A DNA stretch of 64,000 bases from an uncultured Acidobacteriota bacterium (GTDB lineage Bacteria > Acidobacteriota > Thermoanaerobaculia > UBA5066 > Gp7-AA6): NCBI GenBank assembly GCA_963742245.1, contig CAVULG010000007.1:1003834-1067833 (forward strand), read 5' to 3'. Positions within the stretch are counted from its first letter, which is position 1. Each line of letters begins with the position of its first letter. A program made the position numbers and the translations under genes. Under the pieces are notes generated by a model that did not search any database, was not told the origin of the DNA, and saw only the letters and a program-made list of their open reading frames with translations. Shown here one piece after another: positions 7,300-22,191 of the stretch.

Positions 7300-9198
7300 T
7301 CAGAAGTAGCGGCGGCCGTCGAAGAAGATTCGCAGATACGCGAGGTAGCGGGTCTGGAGAGACGGACCCGGCAGCTCCGGGTGTTCCACGAGCACCGAGG
7401 ACACCGGATGGTCGAACCCCAGGCCGATCTGCACGAACGTCGCGAACGTGTAGCGCGTTCCGTATTCTCGAAACGGCCGATACTCGAGGATGGGAAAGTC
7501 CCACTGCAGGGACTTGACCGCGATCGGGATCAACTCGGGGTCCTCCGGCGGACCCACGGCCGCGAGGAACGCGTCCTTCGTGCCGTAACCGAAGAGCGTC
7601 ACGCCGACTTCGCGGCCGACGACGAACTGCAGGTCGCCGATCCCCGTGGCGATTCTCGCCTGCCACGGGATCAGCCCGCCGTCGGCCGCCGTGATGGCCA
7701 TCTTCTCGAGCGTCTTGGGATCCGTGAACGCCAGCACGGGAGCCGCGAGGAGGAGGTCGCCGGGGATGAGCCAGAACGGCAGTCGCAGGCGGAACTGGAG
7801 TCCCGAGCGCGCCGGGGCGCCCGGAACGAACTGATCGACCAGGGGATCGTCCGAGCACTGCGGGCATCCGCCGGAGGAGCGCGACTGGCTGATGAAGGCG
7901 GCTTCGACGAACACGAGCCCGTCTCCGCTCGAGCCGAGGAGCGCGTCGAGCCCGAGACCGAGGCGCACGCCCACGTCCAGCTGCCCCTGCACGCCGCCCT
8001 CCGAGCCGGGCGTGAACCCCTCGTTGCTCCAGAGGACGGCCCCCCCGCTTGCCACGCCCAGAAACGGGCCGATCTCGGCGCGGAACCGGGGCAGCGCTGC
8101 ATAACCGGGCCCGCGAAACGGAATCGGCGTCGCCCAGAGCACGTCTCGGAAGGGAGTATCGAGGCTCTCGGGCGGGTTCCACACCGGCATTTTCGCCGTG
8201 CGGCAGACGTCGAACGTCCCGTCGGCAACCTCCCTGGGAAGCGACACACCCGCCACGTCGCGGGCTTCCGCCGACTCCGGTCGTCCTGCGGCGACGAACT
8301 GGGCGAGACTGATTGCGACGGCCTTGCCTGCCCGGCGGATGTCGGCATCGCGCGCGTAACCGTCCCCAAAGAGGATCTCTCCGTCTCCCCCCCAGGTCTC
8401 GGCGTCGAGGCCGTTCTGGTTGTAGTAGTCGTGCGTCCCCTTCCGCTCGGCGGCGTTGCCCCACGAGCCGGCGACGTGGCCGGCGGCGAACGAGTCCTCG
8501 AGAAAGTGCAGCCCGAAGAACTCGAGCGCGAGGGCCAGACGCGCCTCGGGACCATCCTGTCCCCCCGCGCGGCTCGCATGCAGCATGGCCGCCGTGTGGA
8601 AGTAGACGTAGATCGCGATCGCGTTCATCTCCCCGGTGAGGGCCTGTTCCGCGTACTCGGCGGGGTCGTCGACGCTTCGGGGCAGCAGGAAGTGGGCGTT
8701 GTTGCCTCCGGCGCGGGTGCTGTACTCGGGATCGGTCCGCTCGAGCCCCAGATCTCCGACGATGCGGACGTTGGTGCTCTCGGCCTCGTTTTTCGAGGAC
8801 GTGAGCCCCGTGCCCATCCGCGCGGCGACGCCGACCACTCTCAGGATCCAATCGCTCTCGAGAATCACGTGAAGCAGGTTTTCGGGCGAGCACGAGTGGT
8901 CTCCGGCGATTGCCGGCCAGGCCGCCAGGTCGATGCAGGCCGGTTTCGGCCCCTGGTCGCCGGCGACGGCTTGTTCGCAGAGCCGGGGCTCGCCGGCGCG
9001 CGCCGAGGCCCAAAGGGCGTCGAGCGCCGCCCGGCTTCGCGGATCGAGCGTCGCGATTCCGCTCGCCGTGATGGCGCGGTGCTCCGGGTAGGTCCACCCC
9101 AGGGCCCACCGTGCCGGAAGCAGGGCCAGGAGACCGATCGCGATCCGCAGCCTCACCCCGCCCCCGGGGAACGCAAAGTGGACGGCGCGGCGGCTCAA
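7300..9198 (-). CDS. Secreted hypothetical protein with a zinc-dependent PLC / S1-P1 nuclease-like N-terminal signature
   Basis: The signal peptide ends ...ARWALG, followed by W-TYPEH. HFLEDSFAAGH has the same H-x3-D-x5-H spacing as the H118/D122/H128 zinc ligands of B. cereus PLC. The long C-terminal part is unassigned. The start is TTG 9198 or GTG 9156. Confidence 0.55.
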   Translation of the reverse strand: MSRRAVHFAFPGGGVRLRIAIGLLALLPARWALGWTYPEHRAITASGIATLDPRSRAALDALWASARAGEPRLCEQAVAGDQGPKPACIDLAAWPAIAGDHSCSPENLLHVILESDWILRVVGVAARMGTGLTSSKNEAESTNVRIVGDLGLERTDPEYSTRAGGNNAHFLLPRSVDDPAEYAEQALTGEMNAIAIYVYFHTAAMLHASRAGGQDGPEARLALALEFFGLHFLEDSFAAGHVAGSWGNAAERKGTHDYYNQNGLDAETWGGDGEILFGDGYARDADIRRAGKAVAISLAQFVAAGRPESAEARDVAGVSLPREVADGTFDVCRTAKMPVWNPPESLDTPFRDVLWATPIPFRGPGYAALPRFRAEIGPFLGVASGGAVLWSNEGFTPGSEGGVQGQLDVGVRLGLGLDALLGSSGDGLVFVEAAFISQSRSSGGCPQCSDDPLVDQFVPGAPARSGLQFRLRLPFWLIPGDLLLAAPVLAFTDPKTLEKMAITAADGGLIPWQARIATGIGDLQFVVGREVGVTLFGYGTKDAFLAAVGPPEDPELIPIAVKSLQWDFPILEYRPFREYGTRYTFATFVQIGLGFDHPVSSVLVEHPELPGPSLQTRYLAYLRIFFDGRRYF

Positions 9199-9482
9199 TC
9201 GAGATCGATGTCGCGAATGGGCTTGGAATCGTCGCCCTTCGTCTTTTCGAAGAGCTCCTGGAACTTCCGGTTCAGCACGTCCTTCTTCGACTTCTCCGCC
9301 TCGATCGACGCGGCGAACTTCTTTTCGCGTTCGTCATCCTGGCCCTTCAGGGCGCCGAGGGCGTCGTCGACGCTCGAGAACTTCCGCGGCGTCTTGGGCG
9401 CCTCGTGCGCGATGACGGCTTTCAACGCCGGATCGATCTTGAGCCGCGCGTTGCAGCAGGGGCAGAGCAGGTCGAAGTCCAT
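9195..9482 (-). CDS. Small hypothetical protein (95 aa) with an N-terminal CPCC motif and a Lys/Glu-rich tail
   Basis: The ORF has good codon bias, and its stop overlaps the start of the downstream gene (TTGA). Confidence 0.55.
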   Translation of the reverse strand: MDFDLLCPCCNARLKIDPALKAVIAHEAPKTPRKFSSVDDALGALKGQDDEREKKFAASIEAEKSKKDVLNRKFQELFEKTKGDDSKPIRDIDLD

Positions 9483-9491
9483 GCGCGCAGT

Positions 9492-9896
9492 CTAATCCCC
9501 CGCTCCGCGCTTGGCGCGGATGCGGTCGCGGCGGTCCCGCTTGTCGGGGCGGCCCGCGTCCCGGCGCGGTGCGAGCAACCGGTCGAGCTTGCGCGCCGCG
9601 ACGATCTCGGGGGCGGCCGGCGGCGTGAGGTCCTCGTAGAGCTCGCGCGCCTGGGCCTTGGGGATCGAATGCGCGGCGAGCCCGCGGACGACGAGGAGCC
9701 GGCGCGCCCCTTCGCGGCCGGCGATGCCGATGCGGTCGCCCGTCCGCACCTCCCGGTGCGCCTTGGCCCGGCTGCCGTTGACGTCCACCTTTCCGCCCTC
9801 GCAGGCGGCCTTGGCCTGCGAGCGGGTCGGGCAGACGCACGCGACGTCGAGCCACACGTCGAGCCGGACGCTCTGCAGCGGCGGGGGCGGAGTCAC
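9492..9896 (-). CDS. S4-domain RNA-binding protein (Hsp15/HslR-like)
   Basis: The sequence VRLDVWLDVACVCPTRSQAKAACEGGKVDVNG..V..GD.I is an S4 fold, followed by a basic tail. The GTG start at 9896 overlaps the stop of the EAL gene (GTGA). The rest of ORF 9492..10721 is a shadow. Confidence 0.75.
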   Translation of the reverse strand: MTPPPPLQSVRLDVWLDVACVCPTRSQAKAACEGGKVDVNGSRAKAHREVRTGDRIGIAGREGARRLLVVRGLAAHSIPKAQARELYEDLTPPAAPEIVAARKLDRLLAPRRDAGRPDKRDRRDRIRAKRGAGD

Positions 9897-10999
9897 GCCT
9901 TCCGCGTGCCGGAGCGAGCCGCGAACCACGCCTTCAGCTCCGGCGTGGGCCCCGGGGGCACCTCGGCGGGACGGGCGAGGAAGTAGCCCTGGGCTCCGTG
10001 CACGCCCTCGGCCGCGCAGACCTCGAGGTCCTCGGCCGACTCGACTCCCTCGGCGATGACCCGGAACGAGAATTCGCGCGAGAGGTCGACCAGGAACTTC
10101 AGGATCGCGCGGCGGCGGGGATCGGTCGCGATGCCGCGGGTGACCTCGCTGTCGACCTTGATGAACTCGGGCTGCAGCGCGTGGCACAGCTGGAGCGTGC
10201 CGTAGCCCGAGGTCACGTCGTCGAGCGCGATCACGGCGCCCAGATCGCGGGGCACCGTCAGAGCGGGAGCGAGGTCGGGCGCCGAGGGCAGCGTCTCGAT
10301 CTCGACGATGTCCAGAACGAGGCGCGCGAAGGAAAGGCCCCGCCGCTCGGCTTCCAATCCGAGGCCGGCGAGCGCATCCTCGGCGCGGCTGATCAGGCGC
10401 GGGTTGACGTTCAGGAACACGAGCGCTCCGTCCGGCAGCCGCGAGACCCCTTCGAGCACGACCGCCCACGCGAAGGTCTCGAAGGCCGGCGCAACGTGCA
10501 GCGCCTCGGCGGCCGGAAAGATCTCCGCGGCCAGGCGCGTGAGACCGCGTCCGCGGCCGCGCAGAAGTCCCTCGTGACCGATCGGGTCTCCCGTCTTCAG
10601 GTCGAAGATGGGTTGGAACTCGACGAAGAACTCGCCCGTCGCGAGCTCGTCGGCGAGCCAGAGCGCGTCGACCTCGGTCCGCGCGCGCGACAGCGTGACG
10701 AGCCGGCTCATCGCGTCCCACTTCGTCTGGCGCAGGTCTTCGGGAGCGACGCGCACGCGGTCGGCGAGCGAGCCGAGGGCCTTCGCGAGCTCGTCGAGGA
10801 AATGCTCGGGTGTGCGTTCCACGAGGAGGCGCCGCGCCCGCCCGTACATCGGGGCGCGAACCCAGTTTCGCCCGAACGCTGCGGCGACCGCGCGTTCGGC
10901 CTCGACCCCGTCGGGTCTCACGAAGACCGCGCGCGCCTTCCGCCAGCGATCAAGCCGGCCAACTGTCTGGCCGTCCAGAACGCCTTCGGATGCCTTCAC
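9893..10999 (-). CDS. EAL-domain protein (putative c-di-GMP phosphodiesterase)
   Basis: The motifs FQPIFDL, NVNP, EIVE, ALDDVTSGYG, KVD, AEGVE and QGYF are characteristic of EAL domains. The start is uncertain, either GTG 10999 or the internal ATG (MYGRARR). Confidence 0.8.
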   Translation of the reverse strand: MKASEGVLDGQTVGRLDRWRKARAVFVRPDGVEAERAVAAAFGRNWVRAPMYGRARRLLVERTPEHFLDELAKALGSLADRVRVAPEDLRQTKWDAMSRLVTLSRARTEVDALWLADELATGEFFVEFQPIFDLKTGDPIGHEGLLRGRGRGLTRLAAEIFPAAEALHVAPAFETFAWAVVLEGVSRLPDGALVFLNVNPRLISRAEDALAGLGLEAERRGLSFARLVLDIVEIETLPSAPDLAPALTVPRDLGAVIALDDVTSGYGTLQLCHALQPEFIKVDSEVTRGIATDPRRRAILKFLVDLSREFSFRVIAEGVESAEDLEVCAAEGVHGAQGYFLARPAEVPPGPTPELKAWFAARSGTRKA

Positions 11000-11048
11000 C
11001 GAACCGATTGTAGACCCCAGAGGCCGGTCCGAGGTCAACCGTTTGCCG

Positions 11049-12592
11049 TCAGCCGAGCTGGCGCAGGCGAGGCCAGAGCGCGCGCAGGGACTGCTTCGGC
11101 TTCCGGCACACGAACACTTCAAAGTGCTGGTAGGGCATCGAGTAGGGATGCGCCACCACGCCGGCGAGCTCCACCTCGTCGAAAAGCGTCCGAAGCGTTT
11201 CGCGGTCGTCGTCGAGCACGATGAGCACTTCGGGTTCCTCCGCGGGCGGCCCCCAGGAGTGGTACGCCAGATGGCCCGAGAGCGCGGGGGGCAATCCGAG
11301 CCGGGGCCCGTACATGTCGATCGCTCCGGCCTGGCCGTAGTTCTGCCCGAAGACCCGGGCGCGCGGCCGTTCGGCCTCCGGCAGGGCTCGGTAGATCGCG
11401 GCGGCCTTCGCGGCCATCTCCTTCCAGCCGAACCGGTCGGCGAGGAGCTGCGGCAGCGGGCCCATGCGGTGGTTCTCGATCGCGGGCGGCTGCATGCCGA
11501 TCGCCTTCGCGTAGCGCACGTACTGCTCCGGCGGCAGGCACGGGAAGGACATCGGCGCAAAGAGGATTCCGCCGGCGACGAGAACCGCTGCACAGACACC
11601 ATAGGCGGGAACGAGCCATGCGCGCCTCGAAGACCGGGCGAGGAATCGCTCGAGCGCGACGCCACCCGCGGCGAAGAGCATCGGGTAGGCCGGAGCGAGG
11701 TAGTAGACCCGGCCGTCCCGAACGAGGAGGATCGCGAGGACGACGAGGTAGACGACGCCGAGCGGCCGGTGGCGCGCCGAGTCGCTCCCGAAGAGAAGCC
11801 ACGCGAGGCCGCCGATCCACACCGGTGCGGTCAGGGGCAGCAGCATGAGGACCTGCTGCCCGAGAAAGGCGAGCGCCGAAAGCTCGACGTTGCGTCCGTC
11901 CTGCCGGATCGCCTCCTGGAGCTCGAAGAACGGGAATCCCTCGCGCACGTTCCAGGCGAGGTTCGGCAGGAACACGAAGAACGCGGCGGCGGCGCCGATC
12001 CAGATCCAGCGGTTCGCAAAGAGCGCCCGGCCGCGCGCCGTCGTCAGGAGCCCGACGACCACGCCGACACCGAAGAGTCCCATCGTGTGCTTGTTGAGAA
12101 GCCCGAGCCCGGCGAGCAGGCCGAAGGCGAGCCAGAGTCGCGGATCCGCTCCAGCGAGGAGCCGGACGAGCAGAAGCGCGCAGGCGGTCCACACGAGCGG
12201 CTCCCAGGCGTTCATCGAGGAGAAGCTGTGCACCGCGAGAAAGATCGGCGCGACCGCGACGCACAGCGCGCCGAGAAGCTGTGCGCGGCGGCCCCCGCCG
12301 AGCGCGCGCGCGAGCAATCCGGTCAGGACAACGAGCGCCGCGCCCGCGATCGCGGGGAGAACACGGATCGCGAAGAGGGAGTCTCCGAGCAGCGCCCGCA
12401 CGGCTGCCGTGAGGGCCGGATGGAAGGGCGGCATGTCGATGTAGCCCCAGGCGAGGTGCTTCGCGCAGGACTCGAAGTAGAGCTCGTCGACGAAGTACTC
12501 GTAGCCGAAGCGGCCCGTCGTCGCCAGGTGCGCCAGGAGCTTCGCGGCCGCGACCAGCCAGACGCCCAGGGCCAGCCGCTCCCCGGCCGGCC

Positions 12593-12596
<4 letters not shown>
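11049..12596 (-). CDS. Family-39 glycosyltransferase (ArnT/PMT-like, polytopic membrane protein)
   Basis: It has many TM helices. The N-terminal YFVDELYF...YIDMPP loop resembles the DE/DxD loop of GT39/GT83 enzymes. The start overlaps the acs stop. Confidence 0.75.
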
Positions 12597-14563
<1,967 letters not shown>

Positions 14564-14578
14564 GAGGATACCAACGGG

Positions 14579-15412
14579 TTACTTGATTGCCCCCACCGTG
14601 AACCCCTGGATGAGTCGGTCGAGGAACAGGTTGTACACGATCGCGACCGGAATGCAGGCGAAGAGGCACGCGGCCATGAGCTCGCCCCAGTAATAGACGT
14701 CGCCGCGCACGAGGAAGATCGGAACGCCGACGCCCACGGTCTGCTTCGAGACGGACGAGATGAACGTCAGCGCGTACACGAATTCCTGCAGCACCAGCGT
14801 GAACGCGAAGATCGAGACCGTGACGAGGCCCGAGAAGGACACCGGCACCACCACCTTCAGGAAGGCCGCAAACGGCGAGAGCCCGTCGACCTGGGCGGCG
14901 TCTTCGAGGTCGCGCGGGATCGACTTGAAAAACCCCATGAGCAGCCACGTCGCGAAGGGAACGGTGAAGGTCGGATAGACGACGATGAGGGCCCACAGCG
15001 AGTCCTGGAGCCCGAGGAGGGCGACGACCCGCGACATCGGGATGAAGAGGAGCGTCGGCGGCACGAGATACATCAGGAACATCCCGATGCCGGCCCGCTC
15101 GCCCCAGCCTCCCGCGCGCCGCGCCAGGCCCCAGGCCGCGGGGACGGCGAGCAGCAGGGTGATCGCCACGACCGCGAGGCCGACGAGGAGCGTGTTGCCG
15201 AGCCAGCGCGGATAGAGGGTCTCCGCGAAGAGAAATCGCCAGTGCTCGAGGGTCGGAGGCTCGTTGAAGAGAAACGGGTTGTTCTTCAGGTCGTAGAGGT
15301 CGCTCGTGCGCTTGAAGGTCGTCAACAGCATCCAGTAGAACGGGAAGGACAGCGCGAGCGCGAAGACCGCCACCACGAGGCGCAGCAGTCGCCGGGACGT
15401 CGCGCGCGCCAC
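14579..15412 (-). CDS. Carbohydrate-type ABC transporter permease (MalG/UgpE-like)
   Basis: It has six TM segments and the EAA loop DLEDAAQVDGLSPFAAFLKVVVP. Confidence 0.9.
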   Translation of the reverse strand: MARATSRRLLRLVVAVFALALSFPFYWMLLTTFKRTSDLYDLKNNPFLFNEPPTLEHWRFLFAETLYPRWLGNTLLVGLAVVAITLLLAVPAAWGLARRAGGWGERAGIGMFLMYLVPPTLLFIPMSRVVALLGLQDSLWALIVVYPTFTVPFATWLLMGFFKSIPRDLEDAAQVDGLSPFAAFLKVVVPVSFSGLVTVSIFAFTLVLQEFVYALTFISSVSKQTVGVGVPIFLVRGDVYYWGELMAACLFACIPVAIVYNLFLDRLIQGFTVGAIK

Positions 15413-16302
15413 CTACGTCACCTCGGTGCGGCGCGCGAGCTTCAACAGGACGATGGCGCCGGCGAGCAGAAGCGGAAAGAGGAAGAGGGAGATCGCGGCG
15501 CCGCCCGCGAGGTCCCCGCCGAGGATGCCCGTGAAGAACGCCAGCGACGGCAGTACCTGCGTCGCATCGGCCGGCCCGCCGCGCGTGAGGATGTAGACCG
15601 CCGTCATGTCCGTGAAGGTGAAGACGACGCCGAAGAGCAGCGCGACGAGCGCGATCGGACGGATCATCGGAAGCGTGATCGTCCAGTGGGTGCGCCAGAA
15701 CCCGGCCCCGTCGACCGCAGCGGCCTCCGGAATGTCGCGCGGGATCGACGTGAGGCCGGCAAGCAGGATCACCGTCGCGAAGGGCAGCGTGCGCCACGTG
15801 TGGACGAGGACGACCGACAGCATCGCGAGCCGGGGCTCCCCCAGCCACATCGGCGGATTCATGGGGTCGACGAGGCCGGCCGCGGCGAGCGTCCAGTTGA
15901 TGACGCTGTAGAGCGAGTCGAGCAGCCACTTCCAGCCGATCGCGCCGAGGGAGATCGGCGCCACCCAGGGCAGGAGCACGAGAAACCGGACGAGCCCGCG
16001 GCCGCGGAAGGCTTCCTTCAGCGACAGCGCGAGGAGGGTGGCGCCGGCGAGCACGAGAACCTGCGACGCGAGGGTGAAGAGGAAGGAATGCGCGAGCGCG
16101 GCCCGGAAAGCGGGAGTCTCCCACGCGCTCCGGAAATTCGCGAGTCCCGCAAAGTGCACCGCGTCGCTTCCGACGCGCGCGTCGCTGACGGCGAGATACA
16201 ACGACAGAAGGACCGGCAGACCGACGAGGAGCGCGACGTAGGCGAACGCAGGCGCGATGAGGGCCGCGGCAAAGGCGCCGTCGCGCGTCCGCTGGACCCG
16301 CC

Positions 16303-16306
<4 letters not shown>
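15413..16306 (-). CDS. Carbohydrate-type ABC transporter permease (MalF/UgpA-like)
   Basis: The EAA loop is IPEAAAVDGAGFWRTHWTITLPMIRP. The GTG start at 16306 overlaps the ATPase stop. The upstream part of ORF 15413..17437 is a shadow of the ATPase gene. Confidence 0.85.
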
Positions 16307-17334
<1,028 letters not shown>

Positions 17335-17350
17335 GTGGTCGGGATTGTAA

Positions 17351-17455
17351 GGGGTCAGTCCTGATTCGTTGATTTCGTCCTTCGTCGAGCGTCCTTCGTC
17401 GAGCGTCGAGGGGGCACTCGGCGCTGCACCAAATCAACGAATCAGGACTGACCCC
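17351..17455. repeat. 105-bp element with perfect 25-bp terminal inverted repeats and an internal 14-nt tandem repeat
   Basis: Sequence 17351-17375 (ggggtcagtcctgattcgttgattt) is the exact reverse complement of 17431-17455. Inside, cgtccttcgtcgag occurs twice in tandem plus a partial copy. The element sits between the regulator stop (17458) and the ABC ATPase start (17334). Confidence 0.85.
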
Positions 17456-17457
17456 CG

Positions 17458-18891
<1,434 letters not shown>

Positions 18892-19021
18892 TCTTGAACC
18901 TCGACGGACTTTACAGCATCCACCGATTTACAAGTATCTGTTTACACACCTTGACATCCTAACTCTCACTAATCACGCTATTTATTGACTCGCACAGTCG
19001 CCGCGTGGTCTTTTGTAAACC
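18892..19021. promoter_or_regulatory. Divergent control region between the RamB-like regulator and aceB, locally AT-rich with reiterated TTTACA motifs
   Basis: TTTACA occurs at 18910, 18927 and 18941, and inverted (TGTAAA) at 19014. A TTGACA hexamer lies at 18951. The composition is clearly less GC-rich than the flanks. Confidence 0.45.
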
Positions 19022-20680
19022 ATGGAGACGACCGCGCCCGACATCGAGACGCCGAAAGCGCCCGCGATTCCATCCGGTTCTCCCGGCTTCGAAGTCCGGG
19101 GTCCGCACGTGGCCGGCCAGCAGCGGGTGCTCTCCTCTTCCGCGCTCTCTTTCGTGGCCATGCTCGAGCGGCGCTTCGGGCCGCGGCGGCGCGCGCTCTT
19201 GAAGCGCCGCCAGGAGGTGCAGGCGAAGCTCGACGCCGGCAGGCTCCCGGATCTGCCGGCCGACACTTCCGAGGTGCGGAGCGGGGATTGGACCGTCGCG
19301 CCGATCCCGCGGGACCTCCTCGACCGCCGCGTGGAGATCACGGGCCCCGTCGATCGCAAGATGGTGATCAACGCCCTCAACTCCGGCGCCTCGGTCTTCA
19401 TGGCGGACTTCGAAGACTCCTGCTCCCCCACCTGGAAGAACCTCGTCGAGGGCCAGCAGAACCTGACCGACGCGATCGAGCGCTCGATCGCGTACGTCTC
19501 CCCCGAAGGCAAGGACTACCGCCTGCGCGAGGACACGGCCACGCTGATGGTCCGGCCGCGCGGCTGGCACCTCGAAGAGAAGCACCTCCTCGTCGACGGC
19601 GCGCCCGTGTCGGCGAGTCTCTTCGACTTCGGGCTCTACTTCTTTCACAACGTGCGGCAGCTCCTGGCCAACGGAACGGGCCCCTACTTCTACCTCCCCA
19701 AGATGGAGAGCCACCTGGAGGCGCGCCTCTGGGCCGACGTCTTCCGCGCCGCGGAGGAGCAGCTCGGGATCGCGCCGGGCACCATCCGGGCGACGGTGCT
19801 CATCGAGACGATCCTCGCGGCGTTCGAGATGGACGAAATCCTCTGGGAGCTGCGCGATTACTCGGCGGGGCTGAACTGCGGGCGCTGGGACTACATCTTC
19901 AGCTTCATCAAGAAATTCCGGTCGCGTCCGGGCTTCGTCCTGCCGGACCGCTCCCTCGTGACCATGACGCGCCACTTCCTCCAGTCCTACTCACGCCTCG
20001 TCGTCGCGACCTGCCACCGCCGGGGCATCCACGCGATGGGCGGGATGGCCGCGCAGATCCCGATCAAGGGCGACGAAGCAGCGAATGCGCGCGCAATGGA
20101 GAAAGTGGCCGAGGACAAGCGGCGCGAGGTTGCCGCGGGACACGACGGAACGTGGGTCGCGCATCCGGGGCTCGTGCCGCTCGCGAAGCAGATCTTCGAC
20201 GCGGGCATGCCGGGTGCGAATCAGATCGGCCGGGACTTGCCTCTTCCGGAGATCGCGCCGATCGGCGCCGCCGACCTTCTCGAGGTGCCGAAGGGCGCGA
20301 TCACCGAAGCCGGCCTGCGCCAGAACGTCAACGTCGGCATCCTGTATCTCGAGGCCTGGCTGCGGGGCTCGGGCTGCGTTCCGCTCTACAACCTGATGGA
20401 GGACGCGGCCACTGCCGAGATCTCCCGCGCCCAGGTCTGGCAGTGGCTCCGGCACGGGGCGAGGCTCGAGGACGGGCGCACGGTCACGCCGGCGCTCTAT
20501 GCCGCCGTGCGCGACGAGGAGCTCGCCGCGATCCGCCGCAACGCCGGCGAGGACGCCTGGCGCGCGGGTTCGAATCGCTTCGAGCGCGCCGCCGCGATCT
20601 TCGACGCGATGGCGACCTCCGAGACCTTCGAGGATTTCCTGACCCTTCCCGCGTACGACGCCCTGATCGAAACGGAATAA
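19022..20680 (+). CDS. aceB: Malate synthase A
   Basis: It is a full-length match to the malate synthase A pattern: [38 protein letters not shown] and THPG. Confidence 0.95.
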   Translation: METTAPDIETPKAPAIPSGSPGFEVRGPHVAGQQRVLSSSALSFVAMLERRFGPRRRALLKRRQEVQAKLDAGRLPDLPADTSEVRSGDWTVAPIPRDLLDRRVEITGPVDRKMVINALNSGASVFMADFEDSCSPTWKNLVEGQQNLTDAIERSIAYVSPEGKDYRLREDTATLMVRPRGWHLEEKHLLVDGAPVSASLFDFGLYFFHNVRQLLANGTGPYFYLPKMESHLEARLWADVFRAAEEQLGIAPGTIRATVLIETILAAFEMDEILWELRDYSAGLNCGRWDYIFSFIKKFRSRPGFVLPDRSLVTMTRHFLQSYSRLVVATCHRRGIHAMGGMAAQIPIKGDEAANARAMEKVAEDKRREVAAGHDGTWVAHPGLVPLAKQIFDAGMPGANQIGRDLPLPEIAPIGAADLLEVPKGAITEAGLRQNVNVGILYLEAWLRGSGCVPLYNLMEDAATAEISRAQVWQWLRHGARLEDGRTVTPALYAAVRDEELAAIRRNAGEDAWRAGSNRFERAAAIFDAMATSETFEDFLTLPAYDALIETE

Positions 20681-20693
20681 AGGAGAGACGCCC

Positions 20694-21971
20694 ATGGCCG
20701 CTCAGGATCCCGCCGCCCTCGCACGCTCCTGGTCCTCCGACCCGCGGTGGACGGGGGTCGAGCGCACGTACGGCCCCGAGGACGTCGTGCGCCTCTCCGG
20801 GTCGCTGTCGATCCGGCACACGCTCGCCGAGCGCGGAGCCGCGCGCCTCTGGTCGCTTCTCAACGCCCCTGGCGACGGCTACGTCGCTGCCCTCGGCGCG
20901 CTGACCGGGAACCAGGCGATTCAGCAGGTCAAGGCGGGGCTCGAAGCCATCTATCTCTCGGGCTGGCAGGTCGCGGCCGACGCCAACCTCTCCGGACACA
21001 TGTACCCGGACCAGAGCCTGTATCCGTCGACCTCGGTGCCGCACGTCGTCAAGCGCATCAACCAGGCGCTCCAGCGCGCCGACCAGATCCACACGGCCGA
21101 GGGCAAGAACGGTGTCGACTGGTTCGCGCCGATCGTCGCGGACGCGGAGGCGGGGTTCGGCGGGCCGCTCAACGCCTTCGAGCTGATGAAGGCCATGATC
21201 GAGGCGGGCGCCGCCGCGGTCCACTTCGAGGATCAGCTCGCGTCGGAGAAGAAGTGCGGGCACATGGGCGGCAAGGTCCTGATCCCGACCTCCGCGTTCA
21301 TCCGCACGCTCACGGCGGCGCGGCTGGCGGCCGACGTCTCCGGCGTGCCAACGCTCATCGTCGCGCGCACCGACGCCAACTCGGCGCAGCTGCTGACCTC
21401 GGACGTCGACGAGCGCGACCGGCCGTTTCTCACGGGCGAGCGCACGCCGGAGGGTTTCTTCCGGTTCACCGGCGGGCTCGATTCCGCGATCGCGCGGGGC
21501 CTCGCGTACGCGCCGTACGCCGACCTCATCTGGTGCGAGACGTCGGAGCCGAATCTCTTCGAAGCCAAGCGCTTTGCGGACGCGATCCACGCGAAGTTCC
21601 CGGGCAAGCTCCTCGCTTACAACTGCTCGCCCTCCTTCAACTGGGAGAAGAAGCTCGACGCGGCCACGATCGCGCGCTTCCAGAAGGAGCTCGGCGCGAT
21701 GGGCTACAAGTTCCAGTTCGTCACGCTCGCGGGCTTCCATGCGCTGAACCACTCGATGTTCGAGCTCGCGCGCGCCTACAAGGACGAGGGGATGACGGCG
21801 TACTCGCGGCTCCAACAGGCGGAGTTTTCGAGCGAGCGTCACGGATACACGGCAACGCGGCACCAGCGCGAGGTCGGAACCGGCTACTTCGACGACGTCG
21901 CCAACGTCATCGCGGCGGGCCAGGCCTCAACGGGCGCGCTGGCGGACTCTACGGAAAAGGCTCAGTTCTAG
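20694..21971 (+). CDS. aceA: Isocitrate lyase
   Basis: It carries the catalytic signature [10 protein letters not shown] and is a full-length ICL-like sequence. It starts 13 nt after aceB. Confidence 0.95.
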   Translation: MAAQDPAALARSWSSDPRWTGVERTYGPEDVVRLSGSLSIRHTLAERGAARLWSLLNAPGDGYVAALGALTGNQAIQQVKAGLEAIYLSGWQVAADANLSGHMYPDQSLYPSTSVPHVVKRINQALQRADQIHTAEGKNGVDWFAPIVADAEAGFGGPLNAFELMKAMIEAGAAAVHFEDQLASEKKCGHMGGKVLIPTSAFIRTLTAARLAADVSGVPTLIVARTDANSAQLLTSDVDERDRPFLTGERTPEGFFRFTGGLDSAIARGLAYAPYADLIWCETSEPNLFEAKRFADAIHAKFPGKLLAYNCSPSFNWEKKLDAATIARFQKELGAMGYKFQFVTLAGFHALNHSMFELARAYKDEGMTAYSRLQQAEFSSERHGYTATRHQREVGTGYFDDVANVIAAGQASTGALADSTEKAQF

Positions 21972-22100
21972 GTCGGAATCTCTTCGCGGCCGGGCGCTGG
22001 ATCCCGGCCGCGGATTTCACGGAGGAACGCTGGATTTCCTCCGCGGGCGAAGCGACGAATCCCACGGGCAGGCGCTGGAACCTGCCCCACCCATCCTTGC

Positions 22101-22130
22101 GGGCGGCCCTTGCGGCCGCCCAATTTTTTT
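22101..22130 (+). terminator. Rho-independent terminator downstream of aceA
   Basis: The stem gggcggcc pairs with ggccgccc around a cttgc loop and is followed by aattttttt. Confidence 0.6.
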
Positions 22131-22191
22131 CATTCCTTCTCGCGCCGCGAACTAGAGTCACAGTGCCGCGAAAATCTGATCCGAGCGGCGG

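Noticed and set aside
7172-9495. A 645-aa minus ORF (7172-9109) and a 704-aa plus ORF (7381-9495) overlapping the 7300-9198 gene
   Set aside because: Both are off-frame or antisense Arg-rich translations. Only the 7300-9198 frame has a signal peptide, balanced composition and translational coupling to the upstream gene.
20484-21863. A 459-aa minus ORF and other long ORFs overlapping aceA and aceB (19991-20695, 18959-19975, 18985-20904)
   Set aside because: These are shadows of two unambiguous, full-length glyoxylate-shunt genes.
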